A DNA stretch of 59,103 bases, filler included. It is 7 parts of 7 records of this genome, joined end to end, with 100 filler letters (N's around TTAATTAATTAA, not from the genome) between each part and the next. Parts side by side here need not be neighbours in the genome. Positions count along the whole stretch, not along the records: positions 11,607 to 22,259 come from SRR31147125_47629; positions 22,360 to 30,618 come from SRR31147125_47749; positions 30,719 to 37,170 come from SRR31147125_47759; 4 more parts are not named here. One strand, 5' to 3'. Both the position numbers and the translations under genes were made by a program. Numbering within the stretch: the first letter of the stretch is position 1; every line of letters starts with the position of its first letter. A model generated the notes under the pieces. The model made no database searches, was not told the DNA's origin, and worked only from the letters and a program-made list of their open reading frames with translations. Below, in pieces: positions 20,421 to 31,177 of this stretch.

Positions 20421-21636
20421 TTTCGGCCTCTTCCTTCAAATCGTTGCCTTTGTATTCGTACTTCTGTCGGATATTGCTGATCAATCCCTGTGGTCGGAAA
20501 ATCATCATCAGCACCATCGCGGCACCAAAAGCAAGCATCCGGTACTCTGAAAAAGCACGAAGATATTCCGGCATCAGTATCAGAATGAAAGCACCCAGGA
20601 TAACCCCGAGAATTGATCCCATACCACCGAGGACAACAATCGACAACACAATGGCGGACTCCATAAAACCGAAGCTGGCCGGGTTAATATAAGCCTGTTT
20701 CGCCGCAAACAGGACACCGATCATACCCGCCCAGAATGCGCCTAAAGCATAAGCCGACAGTTTCGTGCGAGCCATATCGATCCCCATGGCAACACAGGCG
20801 ATTTCATCCTCTCGAAGAGCGATCCAGGCACGGCCGATCCGGCTGTTCCGCAAACGCATGGTGATCAGAATTGTGAACACCACCAGAGCAATCATAATGT
20901 AATAGATGTAAGTAATTGAACCGGTAATATTCATGTCGATGCCAAACAGTCCAGGACTGTCGATCTGCGCGATGCCGGCCATTCCCATGGTCACCTCACT
21001 CCAGTTTTGCAGCACAATTTGAAAAATCATGCCGAAACCGAGAGTGACAATGGCGAGGTAATCACCACGTAAACGCAAAATCGGGAATCCGAGGACCACA
21101 CCAAAAAGACAGCTGAGGATACCGCCAACCGGAAGAATCGCCCAGAAACTGAGATCGAAATAATGGTTCAGAAGACCGTAAGAATAGGCCCCCATACCAA
21201 AAAAAGCGATGTAACCAAGATCAAGCATCCCGGCAAGACCAACACTGATGTTCAATCCCAGGCCAAGAACCACATAGATCAGGGCCAAGTTCATGATGTT
21301 GACCTGATAGCTGTCAAATATGAGTGGGAAGACCAGAGAAAAAACAAGAAGCACAGCCATTGCCTTATAACGGAACGACATATCTTCCATCAGGAGAGAC
21401 GCTTTGCTCGGCGTCTCATTGCCCTCTTCATCAATCTTTTTCTTGGCCTGTTTACGCGCCAGCATGTAGCGCCAGAGATACGACAAACCAAAAGCACCAA
21501 CAGCAACATAAAGCATGTTGATGAAACGCCACTCGACCAGTTGTTCTGTTGTATTGACCCGCACCGCCATCAACGGAAAAGTCAAAAATACGAACCAGGC
21601 AGCGACAATCAGTGAATTTTTAAAATCCTTCAACAT
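20413..21636 (-). CDS. livM: Branched-chain amino-acid ABC permease
   Basis: LRLRGDYLAIVTLGF, ALREDEIA, IVVLGGMGS. Confidence 0.96.
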   Translation of the reverse strand: MLKDFKNSLIVAAWFVFLTFPLMAVRVNTTEQLVEWRFINMLYVAVGAFGLSYLWRYMLARKQAKKKIDEEGNETPSKASLLMEDMSFRYKAMAVLLVFSLVFPLIFDSYQVNIMNLALIYVVLGLGLNISVGLAGMLDLGYIAFFGMGAYSYGLLNHYFDLSFWAILPVGGILSCLFGVVLGFPILRLRGDYLAIVTLGFGMIFQIVLQNWSEVTMGMAGIAQIDSPGLFGIDMNITGSITYIYYIMIALVVFTILITMRLRNSRIGRAWIALREDEIACVAMGIDMARTKLSAYALGAFWAGMIGVLFAAKQAYINPASFGFMESAIVLSIVVLGGMGSILGVILGAFILILMPEYLRAFSEYRMLAFGAAMVLMMIFRPQGLISNIRQKYEYKGNDLKEEAENG

Positions 21637-21645
21637 GTTTGCCCC

Positions 21646-22259
21646 CTATACTTTCTGCTTGCGTACTTTACCGAGAATACCGGCTGGACGCAGAATCAGG
21701 ATCAGGACTAACAAGCCAAATGCAAACACATCTTCATAGTCGCTTGAGACATAGCCGGCAGCAAAGCTCTCTGTCCACCCCAGGACAAGACCACCGAGCA
21801 CTGCTCCCGGAATTGAACCGATACCGCCAAGGACGGCTGCTGTAAAAGCCTTAACCCCGGCGAGGAAACCGATATAAAAATTGACCTGTCCGATATAGGA
21901 CGCAACCAGAACACCACCGATCGCTGCCAGTGCGGAGCCGATGACAAACGTCAGTGATATGATCCGATCGACATTAATGCCGACCAGCCGCGCCATGCTC
22001 ATATCCTGCTGCGTCGCACGCATCGCTTTACCCACTTTGGTTTTTTTGATCAGCAAAGTCAGCAGGATCATCGTCACCATGGTTGTAACCAGGATAACTA
22101 ATTCGGGAGAACCGATGATGTGAGCAACAGGCTCCATAAACGCGAAGTCGGGGATCAGGTTCGGGAACGGTAGGAAATCCGAAGTCTGAGCCAACAGGAC
22201 ATAATTCTGTAAAAAGATCGACATCCCGATGGCGCTGATCAAAGCTGACAATCGGGGCG
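21646..22259 (-). CDS. livH: Branched-chain amino-acid ABC permease, 5' partial
   Basis: GKAMRA, KAFTAAVLGGIGSIPGA. Confidence 0.95.
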
Positions 22260-22359
22260 NNNNNNNNNNNNNNNNNNNNNNNNNNNNNNNNNNNNNNNNN
22301 NNNTTAATTAATTAANNNNNNNNNNNNNNNNNNNNNNNNNNNNNNNNNNNNNNNNNNNN
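22260..22359. other. Artificial contig spacer
   Basis: N-run + ttaattaattaa + N-run. Confidence 0.99.
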
Positions 22360-24570
22360 GAGGGAAAAACAGTCCGCTTTGCCTCCTGCACGCCACCGGC
22401 CGCACCGCTTATCCGGCAGCGATTTCCGCAGGTAGAAAAAATAGCCAAACTGTTAAATTACCCCATGTCTGTTTCTCATGAAGACCTGGAGTTCACTGAA
22501 GATCGCCTGTTTTTTATGGAACCGGAATTTTTTGAGATCTTTAACTTTACATTTCTCCAGGGGGATCCCAGAATTGGCTTGCAGGAACCGAATAACGCCT
22601 ATATCTCGCAATCCACAGCGCAGAAATATTTTGGTGATCAAAATCCTATTGGAAAATATCTGAGTCTGGATAAACAGGAAGATTATCAAATCATCGGTTT
22701 ATTCCAGGATGTACCGGTCAACTCGCATATAAAATTCGATATTGTGCTGCCTTATAAAAATATCATAAAAATGCTGGGACCGGAATATAATGAAGCATGG
22801 GGTCATACCGGTGCCTATACCTACCTGCGTCTCAAAGAGGGGACAACACCGCTGGATTTGCAGGATAAATTTGCTGAACTTGTCACAACATCGTGTCCCT
22901 GGCTTGAAGAGTACAAAATGACCATAGACCTGGTTTTTCAACCTTTGACTGATATCCATCTCTCGTCGCATTTTATGCAGGAATATGAGGTAAATGGAAA
23001 CAAGGATACGGTCCATTTCTTGTTTATCATTGCCCTGTTTATTATTGTCATTGCCTGGGTGAATTATATTAATTTATCCACTGCCCGGTCTCTGAGTCGG
23101 GCCAGAGAAGTGGGATTACGTAAAGTTGTCGGTGCCAGCAAAACACAACTTGCTATTCAATTTTATCTGGAAACGATCCTGTTAAATGTGATGGCTGTTC
23201 TTTTCGCTCTATTTTTTGTAAAGCTTTTTTATCCCGTTTTTAGTCACATCACCGGTACACCGATAGATTGGGCTATCTGGTCACAACCCTGGTTTTGGCG
23301 AGTGCTTTTACTACTCTTTGCTGCCGGAATTCTTTTCTCCGGAATTTATCCTGTCCTGACCATATCATCATTCGAACCGATAAAGGTATTAAAAGGTAAA
23401 GTGGGTCAATCGGCGCGGGGATTTAGTTTGCGTAAAGCCCTGGTGGTTTTTCAGTTTGTCATGGCTTTACTGCTAATAACCGGGACGATGGCTGTTTATC
23501 AACAGATAAATTTTATGAGAAAACAAAAACTCGGTTTCGATATAAATCAAATTGTCGTCATCAAAGCACCTCGGGTCAGAGATGAGTCATTTCAGGAAAA
23601 ATTAAAGGTGTTCAGGGATGAATTGTTACGTGAATCTGATGTCAATAAATTCTGTGCGGTTACCGAAGTGCCGGGTCGGCAGATCTATTGGGATGCTGGC
23701 GGGATCCAGAAATACGGTGAGGATGATAGCCATGGCAAGAATTATCAAATCGTTGGAGTGGATTATGATTTTATCGATCTGTTTGATTTGCAGCTTGTCG
23801 GCGGCCGGAATTTTTCCAGAGAATTTTCAACAGATGACAAGGCCCTGATTCTCAACGAAACCGCCGTCAAATGGATGGGCTTTGAGACCAGTGAATCAGC
23901 AGTTGGCCAGAGAGTGAGTTACTGGGGAGAAACATATAATATCATTGGTGTACTCAAAGACTTTCATCAGCAATCACCGAAAGAAGCATTTGAACCACAT
24001 ATCTATCGATTTATGCCGCACGGCCGTGGCAGGAGAGGGCAATTTGCGGTGAATATTAATACATTAAACGTGAAAGAAACAATCCAGATTTTAAAAGAAA
24101 AATATGATCAATTTTTCCCGGGTAATCCGTTTGATTACTTTTTCCTGGACGATTATTACAATCAACAATACAAAGCGGATGAACTTTTGGGTAAGGTCAT
24201 TGGTTTATTCTCTTTTTTGGCCATATTTGTCACCGGACTGGGTATTTTGGGGCTGGCCTCGTTTATGGCAACGCAACGCATTAAAGAAATCGGTATACGC
24301 AAAGTTTTGGGCGCCAGTGTGCCTGGAATACTTGGGCTGCTATTGATGGAGTTTATCCAGCTGATCACAATCTCATTTGTTATCGCTTTACCAATGGCTT
24401 TTTGGGGTATCCATAAATGGCTCAGCACCTTTGCGAATCAGATGAACCTGAATGTGTGGCTGTTTAGTCTGCCTTTAATTCTCATAGGATTGGTGACTTT
24501 TTTGACTGTCAGTTCCCAATCTGTAAAAGCTGCCATGAGAAATCCAGTGGAAACACTGAGGTATGAATAA
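22360..24570 (+). CDS. MacB/FtsX-type ABC permease (duplicated PCD-FtsX), 5' partial
   Basis: Frame open from the contig edge; RAREVGLRKVVGA and RIKEIGIRKVLGA; ends NPVETLRYE. Confidence 0.93.
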   Translation, partial: EGKTVRFASCTPPAAPLIRQRFPQVEKIAKLLNYPMSVSHEDLEFTEDRLFFMEPEFFEIFNFTFLQGDPRIGLQEPNNAYISQSTAQKYFGDQNPIGKYLSLDKQEDYQIIGLFQDVPVNSHIKFDIVLPYKNIIKMLGPEYNEAWGHTGAYTYLRLKEGTTPLDLQDKFAELVTTSCPWLEEYKMTIDLVFQPLTDIHLSSHFMQEYEVNGNKDTVHFLFIIALFIIVIAWVNYINLSTARSLSRAREVGLRKVVGASKTQLAIQFYLETILLNVMAVLFALFFVKLFYPVFSHITGTPIDWAIWSQPWFWRVLLLLFAAGILFSGIYPVLTISSFEPIKVLKGKVGQSARGFSLRKALVVFQFVMALLLITGTMAVYQQINFMRKQKLGFDINQIVVIKAPRVRDESFQEKLKVFRDELLRESDVNKFCAVTEVPGRQIYWDAGGIQKYGEDDSHGKNYQIVGVDYDFIDLFDLQLVGGRNFSREFSTDDKALILNETAVKWMGFETSESAVGQRVSYWGETYNIIGVLKDFHQQSPKEAFEPHIYRFMPHGRGRRGQFAVNINTLNVKETIQILKEKYDQFFPGNPFDYFFLDDYYNQQYKADELLGKVIGLFSFLAIFVTGLGILGLASFMATQRIKEIGIRKVLGASVPGILGLLLMEFIQLITISFVIALPMAFWGIHKWLSTFANQMNLNVWLFSLPLILIGLVTFLTVSSQSVKAAMRNPVETLRYE

Positions 24571-24647
24571 AATATTTTCTGACATTTTTTAATGTCACCA
24601 TCAAAAAGATCAGACTCTAAAAAAGATCATTTTCTGCGGGAGAAATT

Positions 24648-27005
24648 ATGTTAAAAAATATCATCAAAGTCATTTTTCGAAATTTAGTACGACATAAAGG
24701 CTATTCTTTTATTAATATTTCCGGGCTTGCCATTGGAATGGCGTGCACCATACTTATCCTGCTATGGGTGCAGGATGAGTTGAGTTTTGATAAATTTCAT
24801 AAAAATATAGACAATATCTACCGCGTCGAAAAAGACCAAAATTATACCGACCGGGTTTACCATGTGAATGTCACACCTTTTCCGGCAGGACCAACTTTTA
24901 AGGCTGAAATCCCAAAAGTGATCGAATCTACACGGTTTGTCCGTCCGGAAAGAATGTTGTTGCGTTACAAAGATAAAATATTTTATGAAGATCAGATCCC
25001 GGCAGTGGATCCCTCAATTTTTCACATGTTTACATTTCCTCTTGTAAAAGGCGATGCAAATTCGGCACTTGATGAAACTCATTCACTGGTAATGTCTGAG
25101 GACATGGCGGAAAAATATTTCGGCAGCGACAATCCGATCGGTCAGGTTGTGACAATTAACAATAAATATGATTTTAAGGTGACAGGGGTGATGAAAAATG
25201 TTCCCTCGAATTCTTCCTATATGTTCGATGCTTTGTTGCCCATTGATTTTTTACGAGAACTGGGGCATTATCAGGATCGCTGGACCTCTAACTCAATTGC
25301 GACATTTGTTCAACTTGAAGCCGGTGCTTCTGCTCGCCCGGTTGAACAACTAATGAATCAGATCGAAAGAACCCACATTGAGGATTCCATTACGGATTTC
25401 AAACTTTTGCCACTTTCCAGACTGCATTTACACTCCTATTTCGGCTATGACAAATCCATAGGCGCTATTCAATATGTATACATCTTTATCGGCATTGCCT
25501 TATTTGTATTACTTATTGCGTGCATGAATTTTATGAATCTCTCCACTGCCCAATCTACAAAACGTGCCAAAGAAATCGGTTTACGAAAAGTCGTTGGTGC
25601 CGCGCGCGGTCATATGATTGTGCAATTCCTTGGCGAATCTCTGTTTTATACCTTTTTGGCGCTTGTTCTAGCGCTTATTCTGGTTGGCTTGCTACTGACT
25701 CCTTTTAATACCTTATCCGGAAAAAGCATTGCCTTGAATTTTTTGTTCACCTGGCCATTTCTTCTGGGCCTGCTTGGGATTACGATAATGACAGGTTTAT
25801 TCGCAGGCAGTTACCCGGCATTGTTTTTATCTGCATTCAATCCTGCAAAGGTGTTGAAAAAAAGTGTTTTTGCTGTTGCAAAAAAATCATCATTCAGAAC
25901 AACCCTTGTTGTGACGCAATTCACTCTGTCCATCATTTTAATGATCGTAACTGGAATTGTGACTCAACAATTGAACTTTATGCGAAATAAAAGTCTCGGC
26001 TTTGATAAAGAACAGTTGCTTTACATCAGGTTAGATGATGACACCCGTTTACAGTATTCGTCTCTTAAAAAAGAACTTGTTTTAAATACCAACATAGCTG
26101 GAGTTACGGGTGCATTCCAAATTCCTCCTTCTATGGGTAGCAACGCCTCAAATATAAACTGGCAGGGAAAAGATCCGGATATGGATATTGTTGTGGGGTA
26201 TAACCTGGTTGATTTTGATTATATTGAGACTATGAAAATTAAGATCAAAGAAGGCAGATCTTTTTCAAAAGAATTTTCCACGGATAACGATCAAGCCTTT
26301 TTAATCAATGAGGCTATGGCTAACCTGATGAATAAAGATTCACCTGTTGGCAAGCAATTGAGTTTCCTGGGTGTAAATGGAACAATTGTCGGAATTATGG
26401 AAGATTTTCACTACCAAACTGTCCGTTTTACCATTGAGCCGTTGGCGCTATTGGTGAGCCAGGAGTATATTAATTTTGCTTTGATTCGTGTGTTACCTGA
26501 TAATATGGTATCATCAATAGAATTCATTAAAAATACATGGGCCCGGTCTAATCCTGATTACCCTTTGGAGTATCATTTTCTGGATGAGGATTTTGACAGA
26601 ATATATAGAACTGAAGAAAGATTGGGTAGTATCCTGAAATACTTTAGTGTTATCGCAATCCTTATTTCCTGCCTGGGTTTATTTGGTCTGGCTGCCTTTA
26701 TGGCAGAAAAGAGAGTCAAGGAAATTGGTGTCCGAAAGGTTTTGGGAGCTTCTATCGCCAGTATTTTATTACTGTTGAATAAGGAATTTGCCAAATGGGT
26801 CCTGGTTGCCAACATTATAGCATGGCCGATCGCCTACTATTCTATCAATACATGGCTGCAGAATTTTAACTATCGGATCGATATAAGCTGGTGGACATTC
26901 ATTTTTGCTGGTCTCCTGGCATTTATTTTAGCCTGGTTCACGGTTAGTTATCAGGCCGTGCGTGCGGCAACGGCCAATCCGGTTGATACTATAAAATATG
27001 AATAA
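24648..27005 (+). CDS. MacB/FtsX-type ABC permease
   Basis: YSFINISGLAIG, two KEIGxRK motifs, NPVDTIKYE. Confidence 0.94.
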   Translation: MLKNIIKVIFRNLVRHKGYSFINISGLAIGMACTILILLWVQDELSFDKFHKNIDNIYRVEKDQNYTDRVYHVNVTPFPAGPTFKAEIPKVIESTRFVRPERMLLRYKDKIFYEDQIPAVDPSIFHMFTFPLVKGDANSALDETHSLVMSEDMAEKYFGSDNPIGQVVTINNKYDFKVTGVMKNVPSNSSYMFDALLPIDFLRELGHYQDRWTSNSIATFVQLEAGASARPVEQLMNQIERTHIEDSITDFKLLPLSRLHLHSYFGYDKSIGAIQYVYIFIGIALFVLLIACMNFMNLSTAQSTKRAKEIGLRKVVGAARGHMIVQFLGESLFYTFLALVLALILVGLLLTPFNTLSGKSIALNFLFTWPFLLGLLGITIMTGLFAGSYPALFLSAFNPAKVLKKSVFAVAKKSSFRTTLVVTQFTLSIILMIVTGIVTQQLNFMRNKSLGFDKEQLLYIRLDDDTRLQYSSLKKELVLNTNIAGVTGAFQIPPSMGSNASNINWQGKDPDMDIVVGYNLVDFDYIETMKIKIKEGRSFSKEFSTDNDQAFLINEAMANLMNKDSPVGKQLSFLGVNGTIVGIMEDFHYQTVRFTIEPLALLVSQEYINFALIRVLPDNMVSSIEFIKNTWARSNPDYPLEYHFLDEDFDRIYRTEERLGSILKYFSVIAILISCLGLFGLAAFMAEKRVKEIGVRKVLGASIASILLLLNKEFAKWVLVANIIAWPIAYYSINTWLQNFNYRIDISWWTFIFAGLLAFILAWFTVSYQAVRAATANPVDTIKYE

Positions 27006-27057
27006 GTTGCATACTTTTATCAGTCAGGATAGAACAGGTTTGAACAGGATCATCTGA

Positions 27058-29412
27058 ATGTATCTAAATTTTAAAATATGTTACCGAAATGTGGTTAAAA
27101 ACAAACTGACATCACTTATTAATGTATTCAGTTTAACCATTGGATTGACGTGCACAATCCTTGTATTGCTCTGGGTTCAGGACGAACTTTTATTTGATAC
27201 ATTTCATGAGAACCTGGATCATCTTTACCGGGTCGTTGTACGGAATGAAACAACGGGTGCTGCGATTCAGCAGGCAGTCACGCCTGCACCCCTTGCTCCG
27301 GCTTTAAAACAGGAATTTCCGGAAATAGTTAAAGCCACACGGTGTAATGTTTTTGGCGAATGGTTGATGCAATCTGGTGAATCTATTTTTACCGAAAGGG
27401 GAGTGGCATTTGTGGATCCGGATTTTTTTGACATGTTTACCTTTCCTCTAGAGCAAGGTGACGCCCAAAAAGCGCTTGATAATCCCTTTTCAATCCTCAT
27501 ATCGGAAAAAATGGCTCGAAAATATTTTCAAGAGTCTGAAGCAATGGGGCAGACCATTTTCTTTGACGACAAATATGATATGCAGGTCACCGGTGTTTTT
27601 CAAGATGGACCGGAAAATTCCACATTTCAATTTGATTTTATCATCCCCTTCGAGTTTCTGAGAGAACGGGAAGATATAGATTTTTGGCAGGCTCATCTGT
27701 ATTATACTTTTGTTCAACTCGAGAATAATGTATCCGCGTCAGAGGTAAACGATAAAATAGCAGGTGTACTCGGGAAACACGATCCCAATAAAAAATATAT
27801 ATTGTATCTTCAGAAATTTAAAAACATACACCTGCGCTCAAGCTTAAATTATGATGTGTCTAATCGTGGCCATATCAAATACATATGGATATTTTCTTCA
27901 CTGGCTGTTTTTATTCTTTTAATTGCTTGTATTAATTTTATGGTTCTCACCACAGCCAATTTTACACGCCGGATGAATGAAATAGGTGTGAGAAAGGTTT
28001 TTGGCAGCCATCGAAAACATCTTGTTTTTCAGTTTTTGACCGAATCTTTACTCCTGACGCTTGTCGCCCTAAGCTTTGCATTACTTTTTGTTGATCTTTT
28101 CTTGCCGGTTTTTAATCAATTGACTGGTAAATTATTTACCTTTGTTGTGCTCTTTAAAGGTCCTGTTTTTAAAAGCATCCTTTTAATATCATTAATGACC
28201 TCTATTCTGGCCGGAAGTTATCCCGCATTATTTCTCTCCCGTTTTCAACCGGTTCATATTGTAAAAAAAGGGGCATTACCGCATAACTTAAATATGAGCT
28301 TTAGAAGAGGACTTGTCATTTCACAATTCACTGTTTCAATATTTCTTGTTATAGCAACAATTATCGTTTCCAGACAGCTAAACTACATGCAGGGAAAGGA
28401 CCTGGGCTTTACAAAAGAGCATATTCTATATATCAATATGAAAAGAGATTTTTTAAAAGACTATGCTTCATTTAGAGATCAATTGCTACAAAATCCATAT
28501 ATCGTCAATGTCACGGCCTCTTTTCAATTGCCCAATGATATTGGTTCCTCACCCGGCGGTTTCGAGTGGGAAGGGCAGAAACCAGGTCAGGAGATACGGA
28601 TGAATGCCAGCCTGGTTGATTATGATTATTTTGAAACATTTGACATGGAAATGACAGAGGGACGACGTTTTTCACGAAAATTTACAAGTGATGATTCGGC
28701 AGCGTATATTGTAAATGAAGCAGCCGTTCGCGCCATGGGTTTGGAATCACCTGTTGGTAAAAGGTTCTCCTTCTGGAATACACCTGGTTATATTATTGGT
28801 GTTGTTAAAGATTTTCATGCTCAATCCCTGCATAATGAAATAAATCCGGTTGTATTCAAGATTGATAAATTCTGGCTTAATTATATTTTTGTCAGGATCA
28901 ACTCAGCACATATCCAGCCAGGCATAGAGTATATCAGGAACGTATGGGAAAACCGTAATCCCAAATATCCCTTTGAATATCATTTTTTAGATCAACAAAT
29001 CGATAAATATTACCAGGCCGAACATAAAATGCGAAACCTTGTTATTTATTCGGCAATTCTGACTATTGTACTCGCTTGTTTGGGCCTCCTGGCCCTGACA
29101 CGTGTAACCATTGAACAACGAACAAAAGAAATGGGTATACGTAAAGTATTGGGCGCGTCGTTTTTCCAGTTTTTGGTTCTTTTATCCGGTATGCTATTAA
29201 AATGGATTGTTATTGCTAACCTGATAGCCTGGCCCCTGGCCTGGTATTTAAGTCATAAGTGGCTGCAAAATTTCGCTTATCGTATACACATTGATTTGTG
29301 GACCTTTCCTTTGACTGGTCTGTTAACACTTTTTCTCGCACTTTTAACAATACTGTACCACATAGTTAAAGCCAACAGAGTGAATCCTGTGCAGGCATTG
29401 AGGTATGAGTAA
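27058..29412 (+). CDS. MacB/FtsX-type ABC permease
   Basis: Same architecture; ends NPVQALRYE. Confidence 0.94.
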   Translation: MYLNFKICYRNVVKNKLTSLINVFSLTIGLTCTILVLLWVQDELLFDTFHENLDHLYRVVVRNETTGAAIQQAVTPAPLAPALKQEFPEIVKATRCNVFGEWLMQSGESIFTERGVAFVDPDFFDMFTFPLEQGDAQKALDNPFSILISEKMARKYFQESEAMGQTIFFDDKYDMQVTGVFQDGPENSTFQFDFIIPFEFLREREDIDFWQAHLYYTFVQLENNVSASEVNDKIAGVLGKHDPNKKYILYLQKFKNIHLRSSLNYDVSNRGHIKYIWIFSSLAVFILLIACINFMVLTTANFTRRMNEIGVRKVFGSHRKHLVFQFLTESLLLTLVALSFALLFVDLFLPVFNQLTGKLFTFVVLFKGPVFKSILLISLMTSILAGSYPALFLSRFQPVHIVKKGALPHNLNMSFRRGLVISQFTVSIFLVIATIIVSRQLNYMQGKDLGFTKEHILYINMKRDFLKDYASFRDQLLQNPYIVNVTASFQLPNDIGSSPGGFEWEGQKPGQEIRMNASLVDYDYFETFDMEMTEGRRFSRKFTSDDSAAYIVNEAAVRAMGLESPVGKRFSFWNTPGYIIGVVKDFHAQSLHNEINPVVFKIDKFWLNYIFVRINSAHIQPGIEYIRNVWENRNPKYPFEYHFLDQQIDKYYQAEHKMRNLVIYSAILTIVLACLGLLALTRVTIEQRTKEMGIRKVLGASFFQFLVLLSGMLLKWIVIANLIAWPLAWYLSHKWLQNFAYRIHIDLWTFPLTGLLTLFLALLTILYHIVKANRVNPVQALRYE

Positions 29413-29486
29413 GCTGAATTCACTATAATACTAAAAACTCTAAAAAATGAAAAAGTATAACCGGATGAAAATATTGTGAGGCAACC

Positions 29487-30618
29487 ATGTTAAAAAATTA
29501 TATTTTGATTGCCTTGAGGACTATATTAAAGAACAGATTTATCTCTTTTGTCAATATATTCGGACTCTCAATTGGTTTGGCTTGCAGTATGTTGATTCTG
29601 ATTTATGTTTTTCATGAATTTAGTTATGATCGTTTTCACGTACAGGCTGATCGGATATTTCGTGTCGGTAGACAAATTTTATCCGCTGAAGGTGAAATGA
29701 GAGAACCTATATCTTGTGGACCGTTGGCTACTATATTAAAACAAGATTATCCTGAGGTGAAAGATGTTGTGCGAATTAAAAGTGCAGGAAAGAACATTAT
29801 AAGGTATGGCGATAACCTTTTCTATGAAAAAAACATATATTATTCGGATCCTTCTGTTTTTACTGTTTTTAGCTTTTCGTTTATTGAAGGGAATCCGAAC
29901 ACAGCCTTAATAAAACCTTATTCTATTGTCATCACTCACGAAATGTCGGAAAAATATTTTGGGAAAAAAATCCGCTGGGAAAAAGCCTGATATTTAACAG
30001 TGAGCACCATTACATTGTAACAGGTGTTATTGAAAACATCCCTGAAACAACTCATAAAAAAATCAATATGCTCTGCTCCATATCAACCTTATATTCGGAT
30101 AATAGTGAGGAACTATCTGATTGGTTTCGTTATAATTATTCTACCTATGTACTCTTACATCATAAAAAAGATAGGCAGATTCTTGAAAATAAATTTCCTG
30201 CGTTAATAAAAGAACACATCGCTCAGGATGCTAAAACATCACAAGGTACACTTTTATTTTATTTGATGCCGTTAAAAAAAATCCATCTTTATTCTCATCT
30301 GGATGGCAATTCTCCCGGACTGATTTCCCAGGTTTTCTATTTCAGCCTGCTTGCTCTTTTTATTACTTTAATCGCTTGCATAAATTTTATGAATCTTTCG
30401 ACAGCACGTTCCTCAATTCGGGCTAAAGAAATAGGTATGCGTAAAGTATTGGGAGCCAACCGATTTTTGTTGATAAAACAGTTTCTGATCGAGGCACTCG
30501 TCCTAAGCTTTTTTGCCTTTTGCATTGCGCTTTTACTCGTTCAATTATTCTTACCTTCCTTTAGTAACATTATTGAAGAGGATTTGCAACAACTCACATC
30601 TTCTCCGAATCTTCTTTT
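29487..30618 (+). CDS. MacB/FtsX-type ABC permease, 3' partial; -1 frameshift at A7 run 29964-29970
   Basis: One extra A gives KYFGKKNPLGKSL and joins the 30068 ORF (RAKEIGMRKVLGA). Confidence 0.88.
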
Positions 30619-30718
30619 NNNNNNNNNNNNNNNNNNNNNNNNNNNNNNNNNNNNNNNNNNNNTTAATTAATTAANNNNNNNNNNNNNNNNNNNNNNNNNN
30701 NNNNNNNNNNNNNNNNNN
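30619..30718. other. Artificial contig spacer
   Basis: N-run + ttaattaattaa + N-run. Confidence 0.99.
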
Positions 30719-31117
30719 GCCAGGGGTTCCCGCAGTATTGGGTAAACCGGCAACATGCATATTGTCTTTGATCACCAACGGAACACCATACAGCAACCCT
30801 TTTCGCTGGCCTTTATTTCGATTATCTGCAGCTGCTGCCGCGGCCAGCGCACCCTCAACGTCAACAGTTATAAAAGCGTTGAGATGGCTATAGTCCTGAA
30901 TCCTGTCTAAAAGCGCCGTGGTAAGTTCCATACTTGTGATATTGCCACGTCTAATCAAATTGGCGGCCTCCGTTACAGATAGACTAACCAGTTGATCTCG
31001 AGACAAGTGTCTCGATCTGCTGAATTTTCGTTCAAAGGGATGCGTATCCGCTGACACATAAACTTGCGTTATCCACACCAACATAAAAACCAAAAATACT
31101 GACAAAACTATTCTCAT
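30719..31117 (-). CDS. Amidase-signature family enzyme with signal peptide, 3' partial
   Basis: LNAFIT...[25 protein letters not shown] (catalytic Lys region); hydrophobic leader; aggaggagg RBS. Confidence 0.88.
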
Positions 31118-31177
31118 AACATCCTCCTCCTAACTACCGCCAATAATTATATATATATTTAGGCTTCCGCTTAGATA

